Below, piece by piece: positions 1 to 14,732 of a stretch of DNA of 64,000 nt (positions are counted from its first letter, which is position 1; each line of letters begins with the position of its first letter). Under the pieces are notes generated by a model. It did not search any database. It was given only the letters and a program-made list of their open reading frames with translations, and was not told the origin of the DNA. The stretch is from positions 97,278,001-97,342,000 of the forward strand of contig NC_043001.1 in assembly GCF_006345805.1 (NCBI RefSeq), written 5' to 3'. This stretch comes from Octopus sinensis (Eukaryota). The position numbers and the translations under genes are program-made.

Positions 1-28
1 CTTTTTTCTTTTGCCCTTGTTTATAAAT

Positions 29-45
29 GATATACATATACATAC

Positions 46-108
<63 letters not shown>

Positions 109-217
109 GTATATATATATGTATATATATATATAATATATATATATATATATGTGTGTGTGTCTATGTATGCATGTATGCATAGATGTGTGTTTCTATG
201 TATATCTATCTATCTAC

Positions 218-273
<56 letters not shown>

Positions 274-305
274 ATTATCTATCTATCGGTCTATCTATCT
301 ACCTA

Positions 306-370
<65 letters not shown>

Positions 371-424
371 TCACACTTACACACATTTGTGTGCATGTAT
401 GCTTGTGTGTATACACCCTATCTC

Positions 425-465
<41 letters not shown>

Positions 466-490
466 GCATATATATATATATACATATGAG
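29..490. repeat. Compound microsatellite (TA)n/(TATC)n/(CT)n/(CA)n; many similar tracts throughout the window
   Basis: Directly visible simple repeats; they explain the IY/YI/HT-rich ORFs in the track. Confidence 0.95.
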
Positions 491-1272
491 CACTCATTCT
501 AGTCAGCATAATTTCTCATTAATCATTATTAACTCTAATTGTACGAAATATATATATATGCAATTTATTTTGTATTATTATTTAACTACCAGCAGCGACG
601 TAATGTCCTTCCTATTACATCTGTCATTAAGTGTAATTAGCAAAATAGTTATTTACCTTTCAGAAAGATTCCATCTATGTAAGTGCTTGAATGATGCAAA
701 TTGACTAAATCTGACAATTTACGTTATATTTTTCCTGTTTATATATATATATATTCTTCTTATTTTGCTCTGTGCTAATGCTTGCTTTTTGTATATTGTT
801 TTTATTATCTTGTTTCATTTCTTTAAAAAGAAGTGTATGAATGATATGTAAACAAATAACAAAAAAAAAAAAGAAAAAGAAAATGATAACAATATAGTAC
901 ATTCATTTTTACATTTAGTCAATTATTAACAGAATACCATTCACGTATTGATAGTATTGGACATTAATTAGTAAATTGTTACTGTATTTGCCTCAATTAG
1001 GAAATATTTCACTGCCGCACAGCTATATATATATATATTATATATATATAATATATATATATAATATATATTATATATATATATATATTCGTGTGTGCGT
1101 CTGTGTGTGTGTCTGTGCGCGCGTGCGTGTGTGTATAAATGCATAACACTTATTTATGAAAACGTATCTACTTGAATCATATATACTTACAAACACGTGT
1201 GTTTATATATGCATGTATGTATATCGTATCTGTTACATTTTGCCTATGTCTCTCACTCTTTCTCGCAATATG

Positions 1273-1337
<65 letters not shown>

Positions 1338-1343
1338 GATATA

Positions 1344-1400
<57 letters not shown>

Positions 1401-1417
1401 CATACATATATATATAC

Positions 1418-1457
<40 letters not shown>

Positions 1458-2342
1458 CGTTCGTATATGAGTATATATGTATGAATGTATTTGCATGTGT
1501 CCTGTATTTGCTGTATTTGCTGTTCGGTTGTAGATAGTTTTATACAAAAGTATTACAAGATATATATATGTACGAACGAACGATTCCAAACAAGAAGTTT
1601 CGATTTCTGTTAGCAATGTTTCTGTGATACATAATGATATTAAGAAATATAAATGCTAAATAACCAAATGAACATAGAAACCATGGCTATATAATTAATT
1701 TGAATATATCTAACTACAGACGAAAATATAACCTCCCAGCATATATATTTCCAAGACAAAATTAAACGTACTGCAAATTTTCATTTCACAACCTGAACAA
1801 TTACCGAATAAAATACCCAAATATATTTTGTTTTCTGAAATGATTAACATATGTTCGTCTCTAATAATTTCGTATCTTATTCTTTTTTTTTACAGCATAT
1901 GTGCATTATTCTATAATATATTCAGGAAATAATATGTACAAGTACAAGTGAAATTAAGTATTCGAATTCAACGCAGCGTATGGTTTATAAAACAGTAAAT
2001 GCATTGCTTGCAATGTGTGTATATTCACATAACAGTCCATAACGAGTGATTTTTAACTGGATGAGAGTCTTCCAAAGTTTAAAAGAATTATAAGAAAAAC
2101 AAATAAGAGGTTTCCGTTGTCAGTCACAAATGACAGAAAAGCCCAGTTTGAGCAATAATAATGATTGTCTTCAAGGTTTATTTAGCATCATCATATGTAT
2201 GTGTGTATGTGCGTGTATGTGTGTGAGTGCTGGTGTGTGCGTGCTTGTGTGTGTTTGCTTGTGCGTGTGTGTGTGCGTGCTTGTGTGTGTGTGGGTTTAT
2301 GTATTTGTACGTTTGCATAACTAAGTGTTGCGTGAGAGCCTT

Positions 2343-2384
<42 letters not shown>

Positions 2385-2386
2385 CA

Positions 2387-2428
<42 letters not shown>

Positions 2429-2480
2429 GCTAGCTCGATGCTTGTATCTATCCGTATAAATAACATATATAGCGTATACA

Positions 2481-2518
<38 letters not shown>

Positions 2519-3967
2519 GATAGCACACACACACGCATGCACACGCACTCACACATCATGCATAAATTGGTAATAAGAATATATTGCTCGCATTACGCAA
2601 ACGACTCAAAACGGTACTGGTGTAACCAAAATATTTCATATCGAAAGCCCTACTCTGTTTCAGACAGGAACATTTTTCCGAAACTAAAGACGCCGCAGTT
2701 ATCGAATTAAGTATATAGCCTCCAAGGAATTGGTCTCCTACCCATTAAATTATTTTACACTCCTTATATTGATGTGTAGATTTTTTTTTGTATTTAAGTA
2801 AATTTTAAAATGAAATTTGTTATTGCATATAGTTATTTAATTACATTTTTTTATCTGTGTATTTTATTATATTTTTGTTTGTTTTGTTTATATTGTTATT
2901 AGTTTATGGGGATCTTAAACACAAAATTAAATGCAAAAATTAAATACAAAAAAATTAATAAGTAGGTATAAACACATGCACAAAATAAAGAAAAACAAAT
3001 TACACGAAAGTATATAAGCAGGAGATACATATATTACAGGCAGCCACACCCAACACACACGAACTAACTAAACACAGAATAGGTTTTCTTTTGCTCCATA
3101 TGTCATGCAACAATATACTTGTTTGAGTATTTTCATATAATGTAATTCAAACGCGATAGATCTCACCTAGCTCATGAAACATCAGTATATATAGGTAGCT
3201 ACAAGCGTAGTGACTACAAAATTGTCTCTATCTTCAAAGAGGAATGTCCACGTTTGTATTAATATCATTGTCTATTGCATTTATGCAGTTGTTGTAAAAG
3301 AGATAATTCACCAAATCAAATGGACGTCCTTGATACGCCGGTATGTTATATACTGTCATATCTTTTGTTATGGTATAGTTTAATATATTGAATTTCACAG
3401 CAAGGTACACACTGCATCTCTCAGTTCAGTTTATATAAGACCTATTTTCTTCGTCTTCATTATTCATAAGCTACATTTTCCAGTACAGACGATTTTTACT
3501 CACAAAAACAGAATATGTTTTCAGTGTAAAATGAGGATAAATGTAATTCTAGATTTCAGCCATACGCATGTGGATTCTCATCTAATAATTTTGCCATATA
3601 TGTATAAACGGATATGCCTTGAATAAATGTTTGAATTTACCTGGACAGTTCACATCATGAATTGCAATCAGGTTTTATGGTGGTGCAACATTTCTGATCT
3701 ATTCGTCTGTGTGAGTGAACTGGGAGTTTGTATCTTCTCGGCAGCTGTCTTTATTCATTATTTTATTGATGATAATTATTATTATAGTTCCCAAGCGCTG
3801 TGATAAAAGATGATTGCTCATCATTGCTGAAACTACTTTGATATATGTGTAGTTGCATCCACGTTATACCATGATTAGGCAAACGTAATTTTGATTCTGT
3901 CCATCCTTGATGTGTCAATTTAGGTCAAAATATCAACAATTTTATAACTATGTGTATACGAACTATA

Positions 3968-4132
3968 GGCGCAGGAGTGGCTGTGTGGTAAGTAGCTTGT
4001 TTACCAACCACTTGGTTCCGGGTTCAGTCCCACTGCGTGGAACCTTGGGCAAGTGTTTTATACTATAGCCTCGGGCCGACCAAAGCTTTGTGAGTGGATT
4101 TGGTAGACGGGAACTGAAAGAAGTCCGTCTTA

Positions 4133-4172
<40 letters not shown>

Positions 4173-4392
4173 AGCGTGTGTTTGTGTGTCTGCTTTGTCC
4201 CCCTAGCATTGCTTGACAACCGATGCTGGTGTGTTTATGTCCCCGTCACTTATCGGTTCGGCAAAAAGAGACCGATAGAATAAGTACTGGGCTTACAAAG
4301 AATAAGTCTCGTGGTCGAGTTGCTCGATTAAAGGTGGTGCTCCAGCATGGCCGCAGTCAAATGACTGAAACAAGTAAAAGAGAGAGAGAGAG
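3968..4392 (+). mobile_element. tRNA-derived SINE, family S1, full length with internal (TA)n/(TG)n
   Basis: Box A-like TGGCTGTGTGG, box B-like GGTTCAGTCCC, CORE-like CCTTGGGCAAGTG, 3' end ...ATGACTGAAACAAGTAAAAGAG. Homologous copies at 9841, 47632, 53795 and 57015. Confidence 0.9.
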
Positions 4393-4799
4393 TAAAGAGA
4401 ACGGACGACAAGAAAAACTTTCATTTATCAAAGGTAAAATAATGAAAGGTGTTACCACTAAGATGGATGTACGAAATAAATGCTCTAGTAACAATGGATA
4501 TACTATTGGTATCGTTGGAAGCAGATTTAGACTCATTTTCAATGGGAAACATGTCTTTACGAATGAGGGTAAGTGGAATAAAATTCAGTGAAATATGCAT
4601 TTGAAAAGACGATGCAATAAACATTTCCATGTCAAATTTTCGATTATGAGGCAGAATAACTTCTACATTGATAAAACAATATTTAACGAATTATGTAGCA
4701 GAGAGAAATTGCCTAAATTGACGAGATGTGCCTATACTGGTAACAAATGAGGATAATATTAAAACCCAACTTGAAATGATGACTAGAATACAATTTTGT

Positions 4800-5710
4800 T
4801 GGTCAGATATAGGCAATAGAAAATTTGCACCTTCGACCCAACAAGGGTCCTTATGTTACAGTTCAATCACGTGTGTACAGAAAAAGTCCAATATAGAAAC
4901 CTAACGTTCATGCCTATGATCCAGCACATAGCAGTTAAAACCCAGCTGTAAAAATACAGTCCCCATTTTAACGTTTCTTTCGATCCACACTCTCTATAAA
5001 TCTCGTAATGGGTCCTTTGTCAATAAATCATCAACAAACTTAATAGAGAAGATATGTGATTTTGCATTAATATGTAATGCATATCTATACGGAAGAAGGG
5101 TGCCCTTAAAATAATATACGCGGTAAATATCACGCATGATGTTGAACATAACTTTGAAAGACAATATGCAGAAACATGCCGTTGCATAACAAACCGGATA
5201 TACCAGCTAAAGATCAGTCAATCTCAAACTTATGGCATACAAATGATGCGGTATACTTGGCGAAGAAGTTCCACATCCACATCTAAAAAAACAAGTAAGG
5301 ATTCTTTATAGCTCATATAAATTTTGATCAGAAATTCACTTGATCGATTCTGATCTGGAGCTACGCACCAAACTTACAACAACTCCAAGACCATGATCAG
5401 ATATTAAACACAGTTGAAGCGATCGATAATTTCATCCACTATTTATCACAACAATACTAGTAATAAATGTAATAACAGTATACTTCTGAGGAATAGTAAC
5501 GATCTAGAGATAACTACACTTTGGACGGCTTCCATTATCCGATAAACATACCCACACATGTAACACAAAATAATTTTTTAACGTTATCGAAATAATCTCA
5601 AAAATAAGAGATGTTTCTTCTTAAAAATAAGTGATATTCACTGATAGAACGTATCCCCAACCTCCCTTTATTATATAAAACATATTTTTATGGCGAACTC
5701 TATCGCTAAA
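4800..5710 (+). pseudogene. Possible highly decayed Penelope-like RT remnant
   Basis: Hand translation gives scattered fragments in plausible order (YVMHIYT ~ DVxSLYT, IYQ, HYPINIP, YGELYR thumb-like), with many stops and frameshifts. Confidence 0.3.
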
Positions 5711-6512
5711 TGTACAATTCCTTCTACATGTCTGAAACTAAATCTGCTAAAATTGTCATGACAAAAACAAAGACTACATTTCCTACGTTATGGATTCACA
5801 GCTTAGCGTGGTGAAACTAAATACTATAATGGCTTTGTTTCCGTGCTTTCTCATCAATACTACTATAACAATACCTTAAAGAATGAAACTAAAATGCTGG
5901 TTGACAATGGATTAAAGGATTTAATTACCTAAGTAGGTGATATAGTTGGTGTGATAGATAATTGCATTTTCCTAAATGCTCGTGACGGAGAATAATATCT
6001 CTGTTGGGTTTTGAACTTAGTATACAATGAAGGGAACTATATAGTGTCAACGATGTAGAGTTGAGATATTCTTGCGCAAAATCTCCACAGTAATATTTCA
6101 GTCATATTACATGAGCCAACAGGTACGTTTTCTATTTTAATCGAGAAATTTAATAATTCGTCATACGCTATCATAACAATATATATTCAAAACGATAGCA
6201 TGTGCATGAATTCATAATGAAAGGAATGCCAATATGTTAAAATCAATTTCACTGCATTGAAATTAAGAAAAAAAGAAACATGGTGTAACAAGGTACATAC
6301 ATTGTAATCAATGGAATTCTCAGTTGAAATGCGTTCATTGAAAGCGGCCGTATACATACATAAATACATACATACACACACACACACACATATGTATATA
6401 TACACGTATGTATGCATACATATATATATATATCGACATATATATGCACACACAAACACATATACACACATACATGTGCATATATATTATATTACTCTCT
6501 TTACTCTTTTAC

Positions 6513-6550
<38 letters not shown>

Positions 6551-6649
6551 ATTTATATATTTATTTATTTTGTAAATATTTATACATAGATGGACACCTA
6601 TAAAACTGCACACACATATTCGCACGCACATATTTACGTACGTTAATGC

Positions 6650-6714
<65 letters not shown>

Positions 6715-8195
6715 GAATGAGTGCGTGCAATCACATACATATTTAGATATATACAGATTTACAAATGCATATATTCACATATAAGAACACAATTATTTTC
6801 AATATGTAATATGTCCAGATTAGATTTTGCGAAAGTAATATTCGGCAATACGTAATACCAAATTGCATTCTTAACTTTCTAATTCTTCGCAGACAAAAAT
6901 AAAAACGCACCATGCTAATTAGAAATTCAGTCAATGACACATTGATCTCTCATTCAGACGTTTTACTCACCGAGCTAACATAAGTCACTCCATGTAATAT
7001 CTGTTTCACATGGTGGAGACTGTTATACATGTGGGGTATGTTATTGACACGGTTAACACGCTAAAATGCATCCGGGGATGAGGATCCAATTTGGGATCTT
7101 GGAGGTTTCATGAACATGGAGTCATCGTTATTTTACCCTCATTCAAGGTCTCCCTGATCCGGAACGGAGGTACCAATCCGGGTCTCCTCTATGTGTTAAA
7201 TAAATTGTAGTACCGGTAGTGCTAAATTACTATTGTATTCCAATACATAGATAACGTTATGCCAGTTATTTTTACTTCGTGTCTGTTGGTTTCACAAACC
7301 TGCTTATTTGAACTAGGAAAAGTCAATCGCAGAAGCTACGTGAATGTGTGCTATCTTCGTACATACCTATTTGCAATGATTTTGTATCATATCTAAATAC
7401 CACACTAGTACTGGTTAAGTGTGAAACACGCTAAATCATTCGGATTTCAGAATACTTATATAATCTGCGATATGTCGTTTTCCGCGACCGATAATTGATA
7501 CATATTAAAATGATCAAATAGATCACATTGGTCCATGATTAGTATGAACAGCGATTTATCGTCAGGAAAATGGAAATCCGTTAACCCACCTTTACTTTAG
7601 CATGGAAGCAGTAAATGATTGTGCGAAACGGATGTTTACTTTTCATTATTGGGAAATAATATAAATATTCACACAAAGTAAACTGAAACTTCAATTCAGT
7701 TTCATAGTGTACAACAAATAGTTTCTCTCTATCTACTTATTGAGGTAAAATATGTTTATTTCAATAATTTTACTTTTAAAACCAAAATAATATGTGTTGA
7801 GATTTTTTCTTACGTCAACCAATTACAATTGTTACATTGGTGTTTCTTATACTTTTAAAAATATTTATCCACTGTATTGATTTGAATGAGAATTCGTATG
7901 CTGCTTCTAAAGAAGATGGAATACGCTCTTTTGCCCTATCTTTAATATTTATAGTTTATTGAGAGAGGGAAATGCAAAGACCTCTGCATTTGGTCGACAG
8001 AATCTCGAATCGCAAAAGACGAAAGAAGAGAAAGTTATGTACAGATCGTAGATCGGGTCGGAACTCTGCTGACGGTACCTGTTTTTTTCTGCGATGCTGT
8101 TCAACGTCACTAAATCATGCACAAAGATCTAAAACTCTTAGTGTCTATACGACGTAAAAAAGCGTAGTAGTTTGGTAAGAGTAGTGCTAGTACAC

Positions 8196-8428
8196 GACTG
8201 TGAGCTGGCAAAATAATCAGCATGATTCCACCAGCTCGTCGTCTTGAACTAACAAAATGCTTCGCAGTACTTCATCCATCTCTAGGTTCTTAGATTAAAG
8301 GCCGCCCATGTCGACTTAGCTATTCTTCCTCTCGAGTTCGATAAAATAAGTACTTGATGAGAACTAAGATTCATGTAATCGAAGTACCCGCACCTTGATA
8401 TTACTAATCTTGCGACAAAATTTAAACA
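8196..8428 (+). mobile_element. Decayed SINE, family S4
   Basis: GTGAGCTGGCA...AAAATGCTT...GTCGACTTAGC...CGATAAAATAAGTAC...GTAATCGA...CAAAATTTAAA; reverse-complement relatives at 11288, 17279, 18160 and 20771. Confidence 0.65.
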
Positions 8429-9840
8429 GAAAATTTGTACCATTTCATTTTATGTTAGAAGGTGACATAAAATACATTCATTGTTGTTGTTCAATTGTGT
8501 TCCTTGCATTAGTATATTTTTGCTCAGTATATCATTAACGGTAAGTTACATACTTTTGCACTTGAAGACTGAAGTAATTTGCTTTCACCTTTAGATTCTC
8601 TGCATCCTCGTAATCAAAGATTTGACACGAGAAGGAATTTCTGCCAAGCAATCTGGAGATGCTGGAAAACATATTCTGAACGAAATAGAGAATAAGAGTG
8701 AACACGTGAATTATGAAGGGAAGAGGTAAACAGTAGTGTTTTTCAGAGAATTTTTCACTTAATACAAAAACCTAGGAACATGATGCAATTTGGATGCGTG
8801 TACGTGCAGCTGGTACACACAAAATGTCACCCAAGAGAATAAGAAAATAATGACTTTTTATGATGAATATTTAGTGGAACACACGCCTGGGAAACCGGTT
8901 GCATCTGTTGGAATCAAGGATTACAAAAGACAGCCAAATATTTTTCTCTCGTTTATTACATTGATAACAACTTTTGTGAGATGAGGTGGGATATATGCTA
9001 GCGGATATATTTATAGCGTTCAAAACGCCGGCCCTTTTTCTAGAGTGGTTTCTAAGAAACCAATTTAGGTAGAATTTGATTTTCATAATTATAATTTCCC
9101 ATGCGAGACTCAATTTTGCTTTTTCTTTCCGAAGCATATATGTAACGTTTCCACTCCATCCAAGAAGTATTCTAAACTTAATAAACGTATTTATGTTTCC
9201 ATGCGAAATTTAAGAAACGAAGAAAATACGGATTTAAATTCAATGCCATCTTATTAATCTTGTTATTTAAAAATCTGAGCACTTTTCGATTTTTGCCGCT
9301 GGAGTTTGCGGTTTAATTTGACTCAAAACGCTGCTTTTAAATATAGTCAAGTTAGAATATGCCAGTGTCAAATGTTATAATTCAGGCATAGGATGTTATA
9401 AGTGAATTGACAACCAGTCATCTTATTTCAAATATAACAAAACCTATATAAAACGTATATATTATCAAGAGTACGTGATGCTTAGTACATTATTCAACTG
9501 AAAAATATTCAGAAATAAATATCTAATCTATGTCTATGAAGATGTAGAAAAACATAATTCAACAGGGACTGCAAATTGTCAATTATAGCGATCACACTGC
9601 TTGACCATTTCTCATTTCATAGCTCGAAATGAGTAAACGGTAAAAATGAAATAAAATTTAATACAAATAGTCATAAAGCCGTCTTTCTATCTTCGATAAA
9701 CGAAATATATTAACCACAAACGATGAAGCGACGGGAAGAATAAGACGAAAAATACCAACAAACAATCAAGAATCGGAAAGCGGTATATACTGAGCCAAGA
9801 GATAGGAATTCTAAAAATTAAAAGGAATTCCTGTCAAATG

Positions 9841-10232
<392 letters not shown>

Positions 10233-11287
10233 AGGGAATTTTCCAACAAGATTCGCCTCTCTGACAGAAAATGGCTTTACCGATATGTTAAAATACATTA
10301 AATACGGACGAAAATATGTGATCTTTCCATTTCAATGCCCATGTTCCGTTTTCCTTTTTACCTCCAGATAGGTTAATGGGCCACATAACAAAAAAAAATG
10401 TTTGGTTGTTTAGCTTGTTGCGCATTCATTAAATTGCAAGTTTAGCAAAAGCTACGGGTAGAAGACTTGCGAAAAAGTTCAAACTTGATTGCAAAAGAAG
10501 CACCATATCTAAACAAGAGAAGAAGGCCAAAGACGGAATTAGAATTACACGCAAATTAATGAACTCGAAATAGTAGAAAAGTCGGGCACGAAGAAAATAT
10601 TTATAGAGAAATATTGAAGATGACTCAAAAAAATTATTAGTATTGAAATAAATGTCACACATAATGTGATCGTTACCAATTATCTAGCTCTTTCAATATG
10701 TCACAGGTATACTGTCAATTGTAATTTCAATGAATTGGCGAAGTTAGATAGACAGAAATTATAGCAATGACAGGTATTAGAGTATAAAATAAAAAAGGCG
10801 ACAGAGAACAATTACGTTTACGACGGAAAGTGAGAGCTGGAATACGTCTGCAATTAGGTGAGTTGTATGATTACAAACCACGAGGCAGTTAACTGAAATA
10901 TATACAAAATATGATGAAAAATAACAGTTTCAGGTCGTCACGGTTATCACCCTCATGCGTGTAGTTATTAAAAGCATGTAGTATGGTTTCATGCATTATT
11001 TCAAATTTTTATGAAACCTCAAATACCCATAGATATTCTCTTGTCATACCTAATCGTGACAATAGAAAGCATCCACCATGGGACAGTTAGACGCAGAGAT
11101 AATTGTTCTGCATTGTCTGGAATTAATTTCAACTGAAGTGAAAATAAACAATCCCTCAATTCATGCTGGATCAGAATAAGCAAATATTAAGGAAACATTT
11201 CCTAAATGTACTGGGAAACATGAACTAAGAAAAAGTAAACTCTCTCCGAATACAATCTTGTACCTTGAGGCAGGAGTATTGAGTTAA

Positions 11288-11468
11288 AAGTTTGGCACTG
11301 GGCCATTAGTTTCGGAGGAGGGAGTAAGTCGATTTACTAGACCCCGTTACTCAACTGGTAATTATGGTATCGACCCCAAGGGAAGAAAGATAATGTGGAC
11401 GTTGGCGGAATAGGGACTCAGAACGCAAAGATAACGAAAATCTTTCTAAGCATTTTGGTCGGCGTACT
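11288..11468 (-). mobile_element. Decayed SINE, family S4
   Basis: Shares GGCGGAAT..GACTCAGAACG and TAAGCATTTT blocks with the 17279 and 20771 copies. Confidence 0.7.
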
Positions 11469-13173
11469 CTCGGGCAAAATTTCAGAATTTTTAGCTACCA
11501 GTTACATGGCAGGAACATAGTGTAATCAGTAGGATGGAGCGAAAAATGCAACTTTCGACATTGGTAACCAAGAGTCGATATTTTGTTGCAAATTAGGTTT
11601 AAAAGAAAGGTGTATAAAGAGCTGTGTGGTTAAATAATTTTTCAGGTTCCGCAACGCAATTGAAAATTTTAGAAATCGCTTTTTTTCGATTTCATGGATT
11701 ATAAGTGGCAACGAAAATACATTTCTGCATAACAGAATGCAACAGTTTTCTGAGAAGATTGCGTACCAAATTTCAATGCAATTGACTAATATCTTGAGGT
11801 TCCGCATTGACTATAAATAGAACGGGAATGTGACGTCCTCCACTGCCGCTGCGACGGTCGTTGCTTGTGGTCGTACGTCGTACGTGTGTGGGGTTTTCTG
11901 CTTTGTACCTTGACTTTAGGCCATTGTGTTAAAATTAATGACCGTGTTAAATTTAGTGTAGTTTACATTTAGTGATGACTCATAAACCAATAACGCGTTA
12001 TGATATTGAATGCCCAACATTTGGTACAATATTTGTGATCTTTTGGCGATTTTTTGCCAACTTTACAACGACGTACTAAAATGTGTTTATTTGGAGGAGA
12101 AAAAGATAAGAATGTAGTTAAGAAAGATCCTTCCACTAAATAAATTTTCTAGATTGTAGCAGGAAAGATAATTCTTCTTTGGCAAAAGGCATCCACCCCT
12201 TGTGTTACGATTGAGTCAGTTAAACCGAACTTCTTCAAGTTTTATCTAAAGTACAAAGCATTACTAAAATCTGTTGAAACTAGAAAAATGTGCCTTCGTT
12301 TAAAACAAAGTGTAATGTATTTAAAAACAATGCGACAAAATAATTATTTGACATTACCTGTTGCAAGTGCAACTCCTTTCAAAGCTGCAGTTGTAGTAGA
12401 GACAAAGATGTACCACAGAGAGAACAAGATTTTTCACAGGATAAAAGGACAAATCGAATAATGATCATTGGCGCGTTAGATCAAGCAGTATCTAAATAGG
12501 GCGTTCAGAGATTGATTAGGAAGAATCGGTTAGATCATAGTCAACCTTTTACGCCAGGAAAGGATTCTGAATTGATAGCGTGTTTATCAAGTAGTGAATC
12601 AGGTAATGGATCATCAGGTGATGATGAAGTATTTCCAATTCCATTTTCCATGAAACGAAAATCCGTCAGCAAAAACGTAAATTAAAAACACCACTACAAC
12701 GAATGAGATTCCCAGAACTAGCTTGTGACTCTGACTGCACCAGCGGGTCAGACCGTGCTGCTACTCTTCTTACAAGTTCAGACATCGACGACTTAACGGC
12801 AAGAACATTTGTTGAATGTTCTTTCGTTATAGACAAATCGAAGGTAAGGCTGGAATGATCTAGAACACGTAAATCCCTGTAGCAGGAAAGTAGACCACAT
12901 AAGCCATTGTCTGTCGTGTATTTTGATGGAAGGAGGGACACAACCCTTAGAAGTGAACAAATGGGAAAGGCATTTCGTAAGGAAACAATTCAAGAGACGT
13001 AGTAGTTAAGAGCGCGGGTTACTAACACCAAGATTCCGAGTTCGATTCCAGGCAGTGACATGAATAATAATAATAATCATAATCATAATAATACTACTAA
13101 TAATAATAACGACAACAGCAACAACAACAACAACAATAGTAATAATGATAATAATAATAATAATAATAATAAT

Positions 13174-14187
13174 CTGGTCAAATATCTCGAAATATCGAAT
13201 GACTGGATGCTAAAGCTCGTGGAAAATCACGAGAGACGAAAGAAGCTTCATTCTATCATAAAGGAAAGCAAAAAAATTGCTATTGATCTCGTGCAGGATA
13301 CCCAAACTGAACAACCCGAGGGAAGTACGGCAACTATTGTTGCAAAGAAGGTGAAAATGATGGCAATGAAGAAAGCGCACGAGCAATTGGCTGATAGGTG
13401 GGAGGAGAAACCTCTGCACGGCAAATATGTGACCCGCAGCAAACAAGCTGATGTTGACCAGAAGCAAACCCAACAGTGGCTACGGAGCTCAGGGCTAAAA
13501 GCAGAGAGCGAAGGTTTCATCATGGCTGCTCAAGATCAAAGCCTATTAACCCGGAACTACCAGGCCAATGTGATGAAAAATGGAGCAGACCCAAAATGCC
13601 GATTCTGCAACGACATGATTGAAACAGTGGACCACCTAATCTCTGGATGTAAAGTCTTAGCACCAGTGGAGTATAAATTAAGACATGACAGAGTTGGCCA
13701 ATATCTCCACTGGCTAATAAGTCGGCATTACAATATCAAAACTGCCGACAAGTGGTATAATCACCACCCTGAGGCTGTAACTGAAGGAGAAAATGTAACC
13801 ATTCTGTGGGACTTTCCAGTACATACAGACCGAACCATCAAGGCCAATAAACCAGATATTGTTGTGAAAGACCAAAACAATAAAGTTTGCTTATTGATCG
13901 ACATGAGCATCCCCTGTGATCATAATATCTCAGCGAAAGAGTTTGACAAGCTCAGAAAATATAAAGACCTACTCATTGAAATTGAGAAAATGTGGCATCT
14001 CAAGGCGGTTACAATACCAGTGATCGTAGGAGCACTAGGAATGATCAAGAAGGGAACCGAAAATTATATGAGAATGATCCCTGGCTTACCATCCCTGCAA
14101 GAAGTGCAAAAGATTGTCTTAACTGGTACATCACACGATGAGAAGAGCATTGTCGATGTGAGAACTGTTGCTGCTCATGTATTTTAA
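13174..14187 (+). pseudogene. C-terminal third of an R4-clade polyprotein (CCHC knuckle + restriction-like endonuclease)
   Basis: KPLHGKY, AAQDQ, CRFC..ETVDHLISGC, RHD, KPDIVV..IDMSIP, K..KY, IPVIVGALG. The poly-Asn N-terminus of the listed ORF is just the microsatellite. Confidence 0.88.
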
Positions 14188-14314
14188 TTTAACTTAAAAA
14201 AAAAAAAAAATGAACGAACTACTGAGTTTGGTTTAATGGCCTACCAATGTATGCTATGAGTCGGGAAGACACTCGGCAAGAAATGGAAGCAAATTTGAAA
14301 GAGGAAAAAAAAAA
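13174..14314 (+). mobile_element. 5'-truncated R4/Dong-like non-LTR retrotransposon inserted in (AAT)n
   Basis: Flanked by (AAT)n on both sides with an A-rich 3' end; encodes the C-terminal domains listed next. TAA-repeat targeting is established for Dong elements. Confidence 0.85.
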
Positions 14315-14321
14315 TAATAAC

Positions 14322-14411
<90 letters not shown>

Positions 14412-14732
14412 CAACAGCGACAACAACAACAATATCGAAAGTACCTTAGGAATGAGAACCTAGGTTCGAAATTTCCCCAAGGCACCTGATGAATGCTGGT
14501 ACGTTGTGTTAACAACAAACAAGATGAGGACAAATATCTGCCAATTGTAAATGATGTACATAATTCCTTATCTCTTAAATATAGAAAGTAATTAAAGAGG
14601 AACATACTTCATTGATAGAAGAACCTGAGTCCTGCTATCTTGTGTAATTTTCTGTTAAAACGTGTTCTGCAACAGTAGTTTTCGGTGGCTTGTTGAGTTA
14701 TTTTAAAAACCAGTGAGATTCTAACAAATCAC

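Larger units (their letters stand above)
12993..14587 (+). mobile_element. tRNA-headed SINE (family S5) with internal (AAT)n, split by the R4/Dong-like insertion
   Basis: Head GACGTAGTAGTTAAGAGCGCGGG...GAGTTCGATTCCAGG (box B 13038-13049) followed by AAT repeats; unique sequence resumes after the second AAT tract at ~14433-14587. Joining the two halves is an inference. Confidence 0.65.

Noticed and set aside
154-2710. Many ORFs rich in IY/YI/HT/CV/LS (also near 6.2, 23.8, 30.6, 47.7 and 50.3 kb)
   Set aside because: Translations of (TA)n, (CA)n and (TATC)n microsatellites; no domain content.
3640-3810. Hydrophobic peptide with SDLFVCV (GPCR TM2-like); similar weak hints near 5.8-6.1 kb and 52.8-53.5 kb
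   Set aside because: Short, stop-interrupted, and expected by chance in T-rich DNA.
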